From the NCBI GenBank assembly GCA_964570375.1, contig CAZMYA010000018.1, forward strand, positions 13,137 through 77,136: a stretch of 64,000 nt of DNA, written 5' to 3'. A model generated the notes under the pieces. It was not told where the DNA came from. It did not search any database and saw only the letters and a list, made by a program, of their open reading frames with translations. Shown here piece after piece: positions 1 to 9,922 of this stretch. Every line of letters begins with the position of its first letter. The stretch's first letter is position 1. This stretch comes from an uncultured Ignavibacterium sp. GTDB taxonomy: Bacteria; Bacteroidota; Ignavibacteria; Ignavibacteriales; Ignavibacteriaceae. A program made the translations under genes and the position numbers.

Positions 1-1976
1 AACCATGGAAACCAATTCATAGTTTGATTATAATAAAAATGATGGCGTGGGAATTAAATGTTAGTTGGTGGACTGATCTTTCTTTTTCTGAACTGATACA
101 AAAACTTGGTAAAGAAAAAGTTTTAGAAATCTTGCCTGATTATCCTGAAAATGCACCGACCATTATTGCCGATAACTTTAAATATTTACCGGCAATAAAT
201 TCAACTCTTGCTGAAACTGATAAAGCGTTTCGCCAAATGATGGGATGGACTGGCACACATATCGGTTCAAATAACTGGGTAGTTAATGAAAATAAATCGG
301 TTTCAGGCAAACCAATGATTGCAAACGATCCACATCTTGCATTTAGTGCCCCCGGCATATGGTATGCCGCAGTTATAAAAAGCAAGGATCCCTCAGACGG
401 CAAATCAGGCTGGGATGCTGCAGGTGTAACTTTACCCGGTGTTCCCGGAATTGTAATCGGAAAAGCTAACAGCATTTCCTGGGTGCTTACAAATGTTATG
501 AATGATGATTCTGATTTTTATATTGAAAAACTTGATTCTTCAAAAACAAAATATTTGTTAGATGGTAAGTGGCAGAATTTAAAAATCGTTAAAGACACTA
601 TTAGAATAAAAAACAAAAAAGATGAAATCATTACAATTAAAGAAACGCATCGTGGTCCAATAATTTCAGATATTCATCCTTATGAGTTTATTTATAATAA
701 GGAAAATTTAAAAATTCCGCCGATTAGTATGCGTTGGTCCGGAAATGATTTTAGCGATGAATTACTTGCTTTCTATAAAATTAATAAAGCAAAAAACTGG
801 AATGAGTTTCGTGAAGGTGTAAAGTATTTTGGTATTCCGGGACAAAATTTTGTATATGCCGATGCAAGCGGTAACATTGGTTATATAATGGGTGCAAGAG
901 TTCCGATTCGGGCAAGCAATAATCCAACTCTTGTTTTTGACGGAACAAATTCTCAAAATGACTGGAAGGGATTTGTGCCTTCACAAGATATACCGGTGAT
1001 TTTAAATCCTTCAGAAAACTTTATTGCATCTGCAAATAATAAAGTGTTGAAAAATTTTAAGTATCATATTTCAAACTTATGGGAACCTTCATCCCGGATA
1101 GACAGAATAAGGGAATTACTTACTTCCAAGCAGAAACATTCTGTAAATGATTTTGAGAAATATCAAATGGATCAGGTGTCACCTTATGCTAAAACAATAA
1201 CATCATATTTGTTAAATGCATTTGAAGGAGTAAAAGTTAAAGATCAGAATTTAAATACATCTCTTGAGCTTTTTAACAAGTGGGATTTTGAATTGAATAA
1301 GTTTAGTCAAACTCCTACAATTTATGCTGTATTTCTAAAACATTTGTTAAAAAATATTTATTATGATGAAATGGGTGATGATCTTTATAATCGTTTTGTT
1401 TTTTTAGCAAATGTACCTTACAGAAGTTTGCTTCAGATTTTAGAAAAACCCGGATCTAGTTGGTTTGATGATGTAAACACAAAAAAAGTTGAAACACGAG
1501 ATGAAATTATAAGAAAAAGTTTATCGGATGCATTAACTGAACTAGAAGAAAATTATGGAAAAGATTTAGTAAACTGGCAATGGGGCAGAATTCATAAAGT
1601 TACATTTAAGCATGCTTTTAGCGGAAATTTTTCTTTGCTGGATAAATTTATAAATATCGGTCCTTATGAAATAGGCGGGGATGGAACAACAATTTTTAAC
1701 ACTGAATATTCTTTTGCAAAAAGTATTGAAGAATTTCCAATGTTTCGGCATGGTGAGTTTGATAATATACTTGGTCCTTCGATGAGATTTATTTATGATT
1801 TTTCCGAGCCCGATCAAATTAATTTGATACTTACCACAGGACAATCAGGAAATACAATGAGTGATCATTATAAAGATCAAACCCCTTATTGGCTTGAAGG
1901 GAAATATATGAAGATCAAAACCGATGAAAATTCTATTTTAAGAAATAAAGATGTATTAAAATTTACACGCGAATAA
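1..1976 (+). CDS. penicillin acylase / Ntn-hydrolase family amidase (acyl-homoserine-lactone acylase-like), 5'-truncated by window edge
   Basis: The frame of ORF 24..1976 stays open back to nt 3. 'THIGSNNWVV' is the autoproteolytic Ser-nucleophile context at the start of the beta subunit, and 'ANDPHL' is present. Only about 80 aa of alpha subunit are present, so the true start lies upstream of the window. Confidence 0.8.
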   Translation, partial: PWKPIHSLIIIKMMAWELNVSWWTDLSFSELIQKLGKEKVLEILPDYPENAPTIIADNFKYLPAINSTLAETDKAFRQMMGWTGTHIGSNNWVVNENKSVSGKPMIANDPHLAFSAPGIWYAAVIKSKDPSDGKSGWDAAGVTLPGVPGIVIGKANSISWVLTNVMNDDSDFYIEKLDSSKTKYLLDGKWQNLKIVKDTIRIKNKKDEIITIKETHRGPIISDIHPYEFIYNKENLKIPPISMRWSGNDFSDELLAFYKINKAKNWNEFREGVKYFGIPGQNFVYADASGNIGYIMGARVPIRASNNPTLVFDGTNSQNDWKGFVPSQDIPVILNPSENFIASANNKVLKNFKYHISNLWEPSSRIDRIRELLTSKQKHSVNDFEKYQMDQVSPYAKTITSYLLNAFEGVKVKDQNLNTSLELFNKWDFELNKFSQTPTIYAVFLKHLLKNIYYDEMGDDLYNRFVFLANVPYRSLLQILEKPGSSWFDDVNTKKVETRDEIIRKSLSDALTELEENYGKDLVNWQWGRIHKVTFKHAFSGNFSLLDKFINIGPYEIGGDGTTIFNTEYSFAKSIEEFPMFRHGEFDNILGPSMRFIYDFSEPDQINLILTTGQSGNTMSDHYKDQTPYWLEGKYMKIKTDENSILRNKDVLKFTRE

Positions 1977-2088
1977 TATCGATCAATCATTCGAAATTTT
2001 ATTTGATAGAGGCAGAGGTTTACTGATTATCACGAAATGAAAAACTATTATTATATTAGAAATCGTATTCAAAAATAATTGTAATTAG

Positions 2089-3039
2089 ATGAAAGTAATT
2101 GAGCACTTACATAATGCAAAGCGACCATTAATAAGTTTTGAATTAATTCCGCCCAAAAGAGGTGGAGATATTAAGGGATTATTATCTGTACTTGATGATA
2201 TTACAAAATTTAATCCGCCATTTATAGATATTACCTCGCATGCCGCTGAAGTTTACTATGAAGAAACTCCAAACGGAATAAAGAAAAAAATAAAAAGAAA
2301 ACGTCCCGGCACACTTGGTATCTGTGCCTTAATTCAGAATAAATATAATATTGATGCTGTTCCGCATGTTCTAACTAAAGGATTTACTAGAGAAGAAACA
2401 GAAGATTTTTTAATTGAGCTTGATTATCTGCAAATTCAAAATGTACTTGCTATCAGAGGTGATGATTCAGGTTATGATAAGCCAATTCCCGAAGGTAAAA
2501 GTAGAAATCCTTACGCTGTTGACTTAGTTAGACAAATTATGAATATGAATAATGGCAAATATCTGGAAGAAAGTTTACTTGACGCACGACCAACTGATTT
2601 TTGCGTGGGAGTCAGCGGCTATCCTGAAAAACATTTTGAAGCTCCAAATCTTAAAACAGATATAAAATTTGTTAAAGAAAAAGTTGATGCAGGCGCTGAA
2701 TATGTAGTTACTCAAATGTTCTACGATAATAAATATTATTTTAAGTTTGTGGATTTGTGCAGAGAAGCTGGAATTAATGTTCCGATCATTCCGGGTCTGA
2801 AAATTTTGACATCAAAAGCTCATTTAACCTCTGTGCCTAAAAATTTCTACATAAGTATTCCGGATGAATTAGCAGATGAAGTGCTTGAAGCTAAACCCGA
2901 GCAGGCATTGGATCTCGGTGTTGAATGGGCAGCTAAGCAAGTTGAGGATTTGTTTAATGCAAATGTGCCGGGCGTACATTTTTACATTATGCAAAATTCC
3001 AAACCAATTATTAAACTGATGCAAAGATTAAAGTTATAA
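2089..3039 (+). CDS. metF: 5,10-methylenetetrahydrofolate reductase
   Basis: 316 aa. It has the N-terminal 'ISFELIPPKRG' and 'NVLAIRGD' motifs and a length typical of bacterial MetF. Confidence 0.88.
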   Translation: MKVIEHLHNAKRPLISFELIPPKRGGDIKGLLSVLDDITKFNPPFIDITSHAAEVYYEETPNGIKKKIKRKRPGTLGICALIQNKYNIDAVPHVLTKGFTREETEDFLIELDYLQIQNVLAIRGDDSGYDKPIPEGKSRNPYAVDLVRQIMNMNNGKYLEESLLDARPTDFCVGVSGYPEKHFEAPNLKTDIKFVKEKVDAGAEYVVTQMFYDNKYYFKFVDLCREAGINVPIIPGLKILTSKAHLTSVPKNFYISIPDELADEVLEAKPEQALDLGVEWAAKQVEDLFNANVPGVHFYIMQNSKPIIKLMQRLKL

Positions 3040-3043
3040 TTAA

Positions 3044-4045
3044 ATGGTAAAAAGTATTTATAAAGGTAAAAAATTAAAATGGGGTGTGGCAGGCTGCGGT
3101 AGATTTGCAGAAAATTCCTTTTTGCCAGCAGCAAGACTCGCGAGGAAAAGCGATATAATTTCATTATATAGTCGAGATATAAATCGTGCTAAATCACTTT
3201 CCCAAAAATTTGGAATTCAAAATTATTTTAATGACTACGATAAATTTTTAAGCTCAGGAATTGATGCCGTATTTATATCAAGCAATAATGCCCATCATTA
3301 TGAGCAAGTGATAAAAGCTGCTAAAGCCGGAAAAAATATTCTTTGTGAAAAGCCCCTGGCAATTACTTCAGCGCAAGCCGAAGAAATGGTTAAAGTTTGT
3401 AAGGAAAATAATGTTTTACTGGCTGTTAATTATGTGCATCGATTTCATCCTCTAGTTACTAAAGCAAAAGAATTAATTCTTGATCAGAAATTGGGTAAGC
3501 TGGTCTCAATTGATGTTCATTTTAATATTGATTTTCCGCCTGATGATAATTTTAGATTTAAAAAACAATTAAGTGGTGGCGGTGCTTTGCGCGATATCGG
3601 AACGCATATGATTGATTTGCTAAGATATTTTGGTGGTGAAATTGAAAGCATTGATGGAGTAGTTGATAATTTGATTTATCAAAGTGAAGTGGATGATTTT
3701 GCACTCGGTACAGTAAAGTTTGTTAAAAATGGTTACGGAACATTTAATGTATCTTACAATAATAAGAAAGCGTTTAATAGAATAGAGATTCTTTGTCATA
3801 AAGGAGCAATATCAATTGATAACCTGATTGGAAGAAAATTAATCGCACCTAAACTTACAATCTTATTGGAAGATGAAGCGAAGAAAAGTTTTCGTAAACG
3901 TGGGAATAAAATGTCATTTGTTATAAAATCAATTCAAAAATCTTTCCTGAATAATACTACTCCACATGCAACAGGTGAAGATGGTCTGATAAATTTACGA
4001 TTGATGGAAGAACTGGAACAAAAATGTCAGCAAAGAAAAAGTTAG
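3044..4045 (+). CDS. Gfo/Idh/MocA family NAD(P)-dependent oxidoreductase
   Basis: N-terminal Rossmann segment 'KWGVAGCGRFAE', plus the 'ILCEKPLA' motif characteristic of the family. Confidence 0.8.
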   Translation: MVKSIYKGKKLKWGVAGCGRFAENSFLPAARLARKSDIISLYSRDINRAKSLSQKFGIQNYFNDYDKFLSSGIDAVFISSNNAHHYEQVIKAAKAGKNILCEKPLAITSAQAEEMVKVCKENNVLLAVNYVHRFHPLVTKAKELILDQKLGKLVSIDVHFNIDFPPDDNFRFKKQLSGGGALRDIGTHMIDLLRYFGGEIESIDGVVDNLIYQSEVDDFALGTVKFVKNGYGTFNVSYNNKKAFNRIEILCHKGAISIDNLIGRKLIAPKLTILLEDEAKKSFRKRGNKMSFVIKSIQKSFLNNTTPHATGEDGLINLRLMEELEQKCQQRKS

Positions 4046-4677
4046 TCGAAATTTGTCATAAAGTATATGAAAAAGGATTTGTTGCTGCCTATGATGGAAA
4101 TATTTCTGTACGGAAATCGAAGACTACAATTTTAATTACAAGATCGGCAATATGTAAAGGTGATGTTACTGAAAAAGATATTGTTGAAGTAGATTTAAAA
4201 GGCAAAACTCTTTCTGGAAAAAATAAAATATCAACAGAGCATAAAATTCATCTTTTGGCTTATGAGAAGAGAAAGGATGTTAATGCGGTAGTGCATTGTC
4301 ATCCTGTTTTTGCAACTGCATTTGCCTTAATTGGTGAAAGTTTGGATAAACACTATCTTCCGGAAGTTTTTCTTACACTAGGTAAAGTTCCTCTTTGTAA
4401 ATATGCTACACCTTCAACTGATGATGTTCCGAAAAGTCTTGAACCTTATATAAATTATTCCTGGGCAATGCTGCTTCAAAATCATGGAGCTATAACACTC
4501 GGAAAAAATTTAGACGATGCTTATTTCAAAATGGAAAAACTTGAACATACAGCAAAAATTATCTGGTTAGCAAGATTAACCGGAAATCCACGTGAACTTT
4601 CTAAAAAGAATATTAACGATATCTTTAAAATAGCCCAGAGCACATACGGAATTATTCCGGATAAGAGAAATATATAG
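4024..4677 (+). CDS. class II aldolase/adducin-domain protein (fuculose-1-phosphate aldolase-like)
   Basis: 217 aa with 'VVHCHP' and 'LLQNHGAITLG' metal-binding His motifs. It overlaps the upstream gene by 22 nt. Confidence 0.75.
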   Translation: MSAKKKLVEICHKVYEKGFVAAYDGNISVRKSKTTILITRSAICKGDVTEKDIVEVDLKGKTLSGKNKISTEHKIHLLAYEKRKDVNAVVHCHPVFATAFALIGESLDKHYLPEVFLTLGKVPLCKYATPSTDDVPKSLEPYINYSWAMLLQNHGAITLGKNLDDAYFKMEKLEHTAKIIWLARLTGNPRELSKKNINDIFKIAQSTYGIIPDKRNI

Positions 4678-4718
4678 ATGCTATTTATTCTTATTGTGAC
4701 ATTTAAATAAATTATTAT

Positions 4719-5720
4719 ATGGATAAAAAACTAAAAGTACTTTTGTTAGTTGGCGGAACTTCACCTGAAAGGGAAGTTTCCAAATCAACCGGTAAATCTG
4801 TTTATCAGGCAATGCAGAATCTGGGTTATGATGTTGTTATTATTGATCCTGCCTACGGAATCAATCAACCTTTTGAAGTTGAAGATTACTTCAGTGAAAA
4901 AGATTTCACAGAAGTATCTAATGAAAATTATTTGGATGCAATTAATCTTATTTCTCCCGGTGAAATTGATGTTGCATTTCTGGCATTGCATGGTAAATAT
5001 GGAGAAGACGGTACAATCCAATCTTTGTTGGAGTTAAAAGGAATAAAATTTACCGGCTCAAAGGTTTTATCGAGTGCACTTGCTATGGATAAAATTATGT
5101 CCAAAATTTTATTTGAAGAATATAATGTTCCAACACCTAAGTGGTTTCACTTTAAAATTGATGAATTTACTACAACAGAAGTCAATGAATTGATAAATAA
5201 AAAATTTGGTTATCCCGCGGTAATAAAGCCGAACGATCAAGGTTCAACAGTTGGACTTACTATTTGCAAATCTTCAGATCAACTTGATGAAGCTATTCAC
5301 AATGCTTTTGAATTTTCTGATCGGATTTTGGTTGAAGAATATATTCCCGGTCGTGAATTGACCGTTGCGGTTTTAGATCACTCTGCATTACCTGTTCTTG
5401 AAATCAAACCAAAGCATGGTATTTATGATTATGAGTGTAAATACACAGCGGGAATGAGTGAATATATTGTACCTGCCGAAATTCCAGATGCTGTTGCAGA
5501 ATCTTTACAAAAAATTGCCGTTCAGGCATATGATTCACTGCGCTGTGAAGTTTATTCGCGTGTGGATTTCCGATTAAGTAATCAGAATGAACCTTATGCT
5601 TTGGAAGTTAATACCTTACCTGGTATGACATCATTAAGTCTTGTTCCCAAAATGGCTAAAGCTGTTGGAATAAGTTTCGAACAGTTGGTAGAAAAAATTA
5701 TCACATTAAGTTTGAAATGA
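4719..5720 (+). CDS. ddl: D-alanine--D-alanine ligase
   Basis: 'LHGKYGEDGTIQSLLE', an ATP-grasp core ('IKPNDQGSTVG') and C-terminal 'EVNTLPGMT'. Confidence 0.92.
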   Translation: MDKKLKVLLLVGGTSPEREVSKSTGKSVYQAMQNLGYDVVIIDPAYGINQPFEVEDYFSEKDFTEVSNENYLDAINLISPGEIDVAFLALHGKYGEDGTIQSLLELKGIKFTGSKVLSSALAMDKIMSKILFEEYNVPTPKWFHFKIDEFTTTEVNELINKKFGYPAVIKPNDQGSTVGLTICKSSDQLDEAIHNAFEFSDRILVEEYIPGRELTVAVLDHSALPVLEIKPKHGIYDYECKYTAGMSEYIVPAEIPDAVAESLQKIAVQAYDSLRCEVYSRVDFRLSNQNEPYALEVNTLPGMTSLSLVPKMAKAVGISFEQLVEKIITLSLK

Positions 5721-6016
5721 ATTTTTTTAAAAATAAAAAGACACGATTTTATATCATCGTTTTAGTAGTTGTAATTGGGACGTTATATATTTTATTTAAT
5801 AATTATGGCGTGCTAAAGTATGCTAAAATTAAAAATGAGATATCAGATCTTAATTCAAGAATTTCCCAGCTTGAAGACGAAAACAGGAGGTTATCAGCAG
5901 AGATTGATTCACTTAAAAGAAATGTGCCTTCAAAGATTGAAAGAATTGCTAGAGAAAAATATGGTATGATTAGGCCGAATGAAAAGAAAATTGAGTTTAA
6001 AGAGGAAGAAGAATAA
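5717..6016 (+). CDS. septum formation initiator (FtsB/DivIC-like) protein
   Basis: 99 aa with one N-terminal TM helix followed by a coiled coil ('ISQLEDENRRLSAEIDSLK'). It overlaps ddl by 4 nt. Confidence 0.6.
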   Translation: MNFFKNKKTRFYIIVLVVVIGTLYILFNNYGVLKYAKIKNEISDLNSRISQLEDENRRLSAEIDSLKRNVPSKIERIAREKYGMIRPNEKKIEFKEEEE

Positions 6017-6065
6017 ATATTGATATCAGTGTGAAAGATTAAAGCATGTAATCAGAATAAGTTTA

Positions 6066-7364
6066 ATGAAAAAGAAAATCACAATCCCGACAACACCTCT
6101 CGCAGAAAGAATCCGTCCACAAAATATAAATGACTTTTTTGGTCAGCAGCATTTGCTTGGCAAAGGCAAACCAATACGGCTGATGATTGAAAATGATACT
6201 CCTTCATCATTTATTTTGTGGGGACCTCCGGGAACCGGAAAAACAACTATTGCACGCATTATTGCAAATCAAACAAAAGCTGAGTTTTTTCAAATCAATG
6301 CTGTATCAAGCGGAGTTAAAGATATTCGCTCTGTTATTGAGATTGGAGTACAAAATAAAAATTTATCAAAGCGGACAATTCTTTTTATAGATGAAATACA
6401 TCGCTTTAATAAGGCACAACAGGATGCACTTTTGCATTCCATCGAATCAGGAGATATAATTTTAATCGGTGCTACAACAGAAAATCCCTCCTTCGAAGTG
6501 ATTCCTGCTCTAAGATCCAGAGCAAGAGTTTTTGTTCTTGAGGAATTAACAAAAAAGGACCTTTTAGATATTTTAAAATCAGCATTGGAAAAAGATGAAT
6601 TCCTAAAACAAATTAATGTTAAATCAATTGATGAAGATTTTCTGATTTATCTTTCCGGCGGTGATGCGAGAATTATGTTAACGATTTTGGAAGCTGCAAT
6701 AGTTCAGGAATTGGATAAAGATGAAATAACTTTAACTAAAGAAATATTTGAAAATATAGTTCAGCGAAAAAATATTTTATATGATAAAGGTGGAGAAGAT
6801 CATTACAATATAATTTCCGCATTTATAAAAAGTATTCGCGGCAGTGACCCGGATGCAGCGTTGTACTGGATGGCAAGGATGCTTGAAGGTGGTGAAGATC
6901 CATTATTCATTGCCAGACGATTAATTATTTTGGCATCTGAAGACATTGGGAATGCTTCTCCCAATGCTTTGGTGTTATCGGAAGCAGCTTTCAGTGCTGT
7001 TGATAAAATCGGAATGCCTGAGGCACGAATTATTCTTGCACAGTGTGTTACCTATCTTGCTTCATCTCCCAAAAGTAATGCCTCTTATCTTGGAATTGAA
7101 AATGCATTGAACGAAGTAAGGAATAATCCATTGGCGCCTGTTCCTCTTAATTTACGGAATGCACCGACAAAATTAATGAATGATCTCGGTTATCATAAAA
7201 ATTATAAATATGCACACGATTTTGAGAATCACTTTGTTGAAGAAGATTATCTGCCTAAAGAATTAAAGAATAAACAATTTTACTTTCCGACTGAAAATGG
7301 ACAGGAAAAAAGATTAAAAGATTGGTTAAAGTTTTTGTGGAAGACAAAGAAGAATTATAAATAA
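6066..7364 (+). CDS. rarA: replication-associated recombination protein A (AAA+ ATPase)
   Basis: Walker A 'GPPGTGKTT', 'LFIDEIHRFNK', and a MgsA C-terminal domain ('DHYNIISAFIKSIRGSDPDAALYW'). Confidence 0.9.
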   Translation: MKKKITIPTTPLAERIRPQNINDFFGQQHLLGKGKPIRLMIENDTPSSFILWGPPGTGKTTIARIIANQTKAEFFQINAVSSGVKDIRSVIEIGVQNKNLSKRTILFIDEIHRFNKAQQDALLHSIESGDIILIGATTENPSFEVIPALRSRARVFVLEELTKKDLLDILKSALEKDEFLKQINVKSIDEDFLIYLSGGDARIMLTILEAAIVQELDKDEITLTKEIFENIVQRKNILYDKGGEDHYNIISAFIKSIRGSDPDAALYWMARMLEGGEDPLFIARRLIILASEDIGNASPNALVLSEAAFSAVDKIGMPEARIILAQCVTYLASSPKSNASYLGIENALNEVRNNPLAPVPLNLRNAPTKLMNDLGYHKNYKYAHDFENHFVEEDYLPKELKNKQFYFPTENGQEKRLKDWLKFLWKTKKNYK

Positions 7365-8347
7365 TGGCTTCAACTCAAACCAATTGTAAAATCTGTGATA
7401 ACAAAACCGGTAATCAAATTCTTAAAGCCCGGGAGATGTATTTTGGAACGAGAGAAGTATTTGATTATCTGGAATGTGCAAATTGCGGATGTCTTCAATT
7501 AATAAACCCTCCAACCGACTATTCTGTTTATTATCCTAAAGATTATTTCACTTTTAATCAGAAACACGAGAGAAATATTAAATCTTTACTAAATAGATTT
7601 CGTGATCGTTCTGCAATGGGAAAGAATTCTATTATTGGAAATTTCTTGTTAAAAAAAATCGGAGAGCCGACTTATATTTCACGATTGAAAATTGCAGGAA
7701 TTGGATTTAAGGATTCAATACTTGATGTCGGCTGTGGTAAAGGAATTCTTCTTCACAAAATGAAAGAATCCGGTTTTGAAAAGGTTTTAGGAATAGATCC
7801 CTTTATTCATGAAAGTATTATATACAAAAATGTCTTAAAGATTCTAAAGAAGAATTTTTTAGATCTTGGTGGCAAATTTGATTTTATTATGTTCAATCAT
7901 TCATTTGAACATATGGAAAATCCTGAAGAGGTGATTAAACATTCCAATATACTATTGAATGCTAATAAGTTTTTGCTAATCAGAATCCCTGTCGCTGATT
8001 CTTATGCTTTTAAACATTTCAGAGAAAACTGGTCCTCACTTGATGCCCCAAGACATTTATTCATTCACACAAAAAAATCCATAAAAATTTTAGCTGAAAA
8101 CTCTGGATTTGAAATAAAAAAAATAAATTATGATTCACGAAGCTGGCAGTTGTGGGGAAGTGAACAATACAAAAAAGATATTCCTTTAATGAATGAAAAA
8201 TCTTTTTATGTTAGTCCTAAAAAATCAATCTTTACAAAAGATGAAATTGATTTATTTGAAGAGAAAACAAAAAAGTTGAATAATAATCAGGAGGGTGATC
8301 AGGCAGAATTTTATTTGCAGAAAGTAAGAGAAATTACATCAGCATAA
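7364..8347 (+). CDS. class I SAM-dependent methyltransferase with N-terminal Cys4 zinc-ribbon
   Basis: 'CKIC...CANCG' zinc ribbon followed by SAM motif I 'ILDVGCGKG'. Substrate unknown. Confidence 0.72.
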   Translation: MASTQTNCKICDNKTGNQILKAREMYFGTREVFDYLECANCGCLQLINPPTDYSVYYPKDYFTFNQKHERNIKSLLNRFRDRSAMGKNSIIGNFLLKKIGEPTYISRLKIAGIGFKDSILDVGCGKGILLHKMKESGFEKVLGIDPFIHESIIYKNVLKILKKNFLDLGGKFDFIMFNHSFEHMENPEEVIKHSNILLNANKFLLIRIPVADSYAFKHFRENWSSLDAPRHLFIHTKKSIKILAENSGFEIKKINYDSRSWQLWGSEQYKKDIPLMNEKSFYVSPKKSIFTKDEIDLFEEKTKKLNNNQEGDQAEFYLQKVREITSA

Positions 8348-9455
8348 ACATTTTGCCGGGCAGCTGTTTAACCAATCCCTTAAACTCAAGTGAAAGCAAA
8401 TTAACCAAACAATCTGAAGTGGATAAATTTGCTTTTTCAGCCAGTTTATCAATATGAAGCGGTTCATTTAAAAGACAATTATAAATTTTTTCTTCAAAAA
8501 TTGACAAATCTTTTTGCTGCTTGGGAATATTTTTACCAACAACTGGTTTTAGTTTCAGTTTGAGTTCAACAAGAATATCTTCAGCATTTTTTACAAGTTT
8601 AGCCTGATTACGTTGAATCAGTAAATTTGTACCTTCCGATTGACGAACGCCTAGATTACCGGGAACTGCAAAAACTTCTCTGTTTTGATCGAATGCTAAA
8701 TCAGCTGTTTGCATCGCTCCGCCTGTAGCCGCAGTTTCAACTACAAGAGTCCCGAGTGATTGACCGGCTATAATTCTGTTTCGTTTAGGAAAATTTTCAG
8801 CATTTGGAATTGTTCCCAAAGGAAATTCTGACATTACAACTCCATGATCACGAATATCATAAAATAATTTTTTGTTTTCTGCAGGATAAATAATATCTAA
8901 TCCTGATCCCACTATCGCAATAGTTCGTCCATTGTTTTTAAGTGCAGAGACATGAGCAACGGAATCAATTCCTCTCGCCATTCCACTTACAATTGTGATA
9001 TTCTGTTCGACAAGATCGGCTACGAATCTTTCAGTCTGGATTTTTCCATAATTGGTTGGTTGCCGCGTACCAACTACTGCAATTGAATATTTATCATTCT
9101 CATCAAAATCACCAAGGGTATAAAGAATTAATGGTGGGTCATAAATTTTTTTTAGTAAAGGAGGAAATTCTTCATCCCAGGCAGTAATAACTTTTCCACC
9201 CATTTTATCAAGAGTGGTTAATTCTTGCTCAAGAAATTTTATTGTTGAATCCTTTTGAGTTGCAATTTTACGAATTCGTGAGGCTAATTCTTTACTTATA
9301 CCTTCAGTTTCAATCAACTCTTGCGTTGATGCAGAAAGGATGTTGTGAAGCTTTTTAAATTTAGCTAATAAGTTTCTGATTTTGGCGGGACCAATTCGAT
9401 CTACAGAAAGCAAAAGAAACAGGTCAACTAATTCATCAAAATTTAATTTACCCAC
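8334..9455 (-). CDS. dprA: DNA processing protein A
   Basis: 'GMARGIDSVAH' Rossmann core, an N-terminal SAM-like domain and a C-terminal winged-helix-like tail. Confidence 0.9.
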   Translation of the reverse strand: MGKLNFDELVDLFLLLSVDRIGPAKIRNLLAKFKKLHNILSASTQELIETEGISKELASRIRKIATQKDSTIKFLEQELTTLDKMGGKVITAWDEEFPPLLKKIYDPPLILYTLGDFDENDKYSIAVVGTRQPTNYGKIQTERFVADLVEQNITIVSGMARGIDSVAHVSALKNNGRTIAIVGSGLDIIYPAENKKLFYDIRDHGVVMSEFPLGTIPNAENFPKRNRIIAGQSLGTLVVETAATGGAMQTADLAFDQNREVFAVPGNLGVRQSEGTNLLIQRNQAKLVKNAEDILVELKLKLKPVVGKNIPKQQKDLSIFEEKIYNCLLNEPLHIDKLAEKANLSTSDCLVNLLSLEFKGLVKQLPGKMFMLM

Positions 9456-9496
9456 TTAATTAAATATTTAGTTGATATAAATAAATTGATAAGGCC

Positions 9497-9775
9497 TTAT
9501 GAGTTTTCAACTTCTGATTTAGGTTCAGTCTTTTTACGATAAAAAATAGATACCGGTAGAATAACTACAAATCCTATAACAAGTAATATTGGTGAAACGA
9601 CTAAGGATTCTGAACTATTCCAGTTTCCAATGCTCATAAAATAAAAACCCAGAATTATGGTTAAAACACCAATGCCAAACAGCAAATAATTTGTTTTTTC
9701 CCAATAAATATTGAAAGGTGAGGGCAGAGATTTTTTTATGGTTTTTACAGTTTTCTTTTTTGTTTTAGTAGCCAT
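9497..9775 (-). CDS. small two-TM membrane protein (DUF3098-like)
   Basis: 92 aa with a Lys-rich N-terminus and two hydrophobic helices. GGAG lies 7 nt upstream of the ATG. The family assignment is from memory of similar FCB-group proteins. Confidence 0.55.
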   Translation of the reverse strand: MATKTKKKTVKTIKKSLPSPFNIYWEKTNYLLFGIGVLTIILGFYFMSIGNWNSSESLVVSPILLVIGFVVILPVSIFYRKKTEPKSEVENS

Positions 9776-9785
9776 TTTAACTCCA

Positions 9786-9872
9786 AAATAAAAATAAAAC
9801 CCGGTGTCGGGGAAACACCGGGCCTGACTCGTCTACATCAAAGGGCAGGGGAGAACCCTTTGAAAGAGTCAC
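9786..9872 (-). ncRNA. candidate small RNA or cis-acting leader: two perfect 8-bp hairpins with UCCCC loops, the second being an intrinsic terminator
   Basis: Minus-strand read: GACUC..UCAAAGGG-UUCUCCCCUG-CCCUUUGA..GAGUC-AGG-CCCGGUGU-UUCCCCG-ACACCGGG-UUUUAUUUUUAUUUU. It is a G+C-rich island inside an AT-rich spacer. Confidence 0.35.
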
Positions 9873-9876
9873 TTGA

Positions 9877-9905
9877 AAAATAAATCGATAAGTGCTATTA
9901 GTCAA
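9877..9905 (-). promoter_or_regulatory. candidate sigma-70-like promoter (TTGACT-17 nt-TATTTT) for the RNA candidate
   Basis: On the minus strand, TTGACT is at 9905-9900 and TATTTT at 9882-9877 with exactly 17 nt between them. Promoter consensus for this lineage is not established. Confidence 0.25.
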
Positions 9906-9922
9906 GTATTGACCCGAATAAA

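Noticed and set aside
1977-2088. Possible SAM riboswitch upstream of metF. 'TTGATAGAGGCAGAGG' vaguely resembles the 'UCAAGAGAGGNGGAGGGA' start of the SAM-I core, and a 5-bp TGATA/TATCA helix is present.
   Set aside because: The rest of the SAM-I consensus (GCCC, GCAACC, GGUGCYAA, the four-way junction) is absent. The spacer is only 112 nt and otherwise unstructured, so the resemblance is probably chance in AT-rich DNA. A cmsearch against Rfam would settle it.
4750-5037. 95-aa plus-strand ORF in an alternative frame inside ddl. Comparable cases are 6187..6390 in rarA, 14211..14405 and 14682..14918 in the BNR gene, and 56034..56225.
   Set aside because: These are out-of-frame ORFs nested in well-supported genes. 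No frameshift signal and no independent coding evidence.
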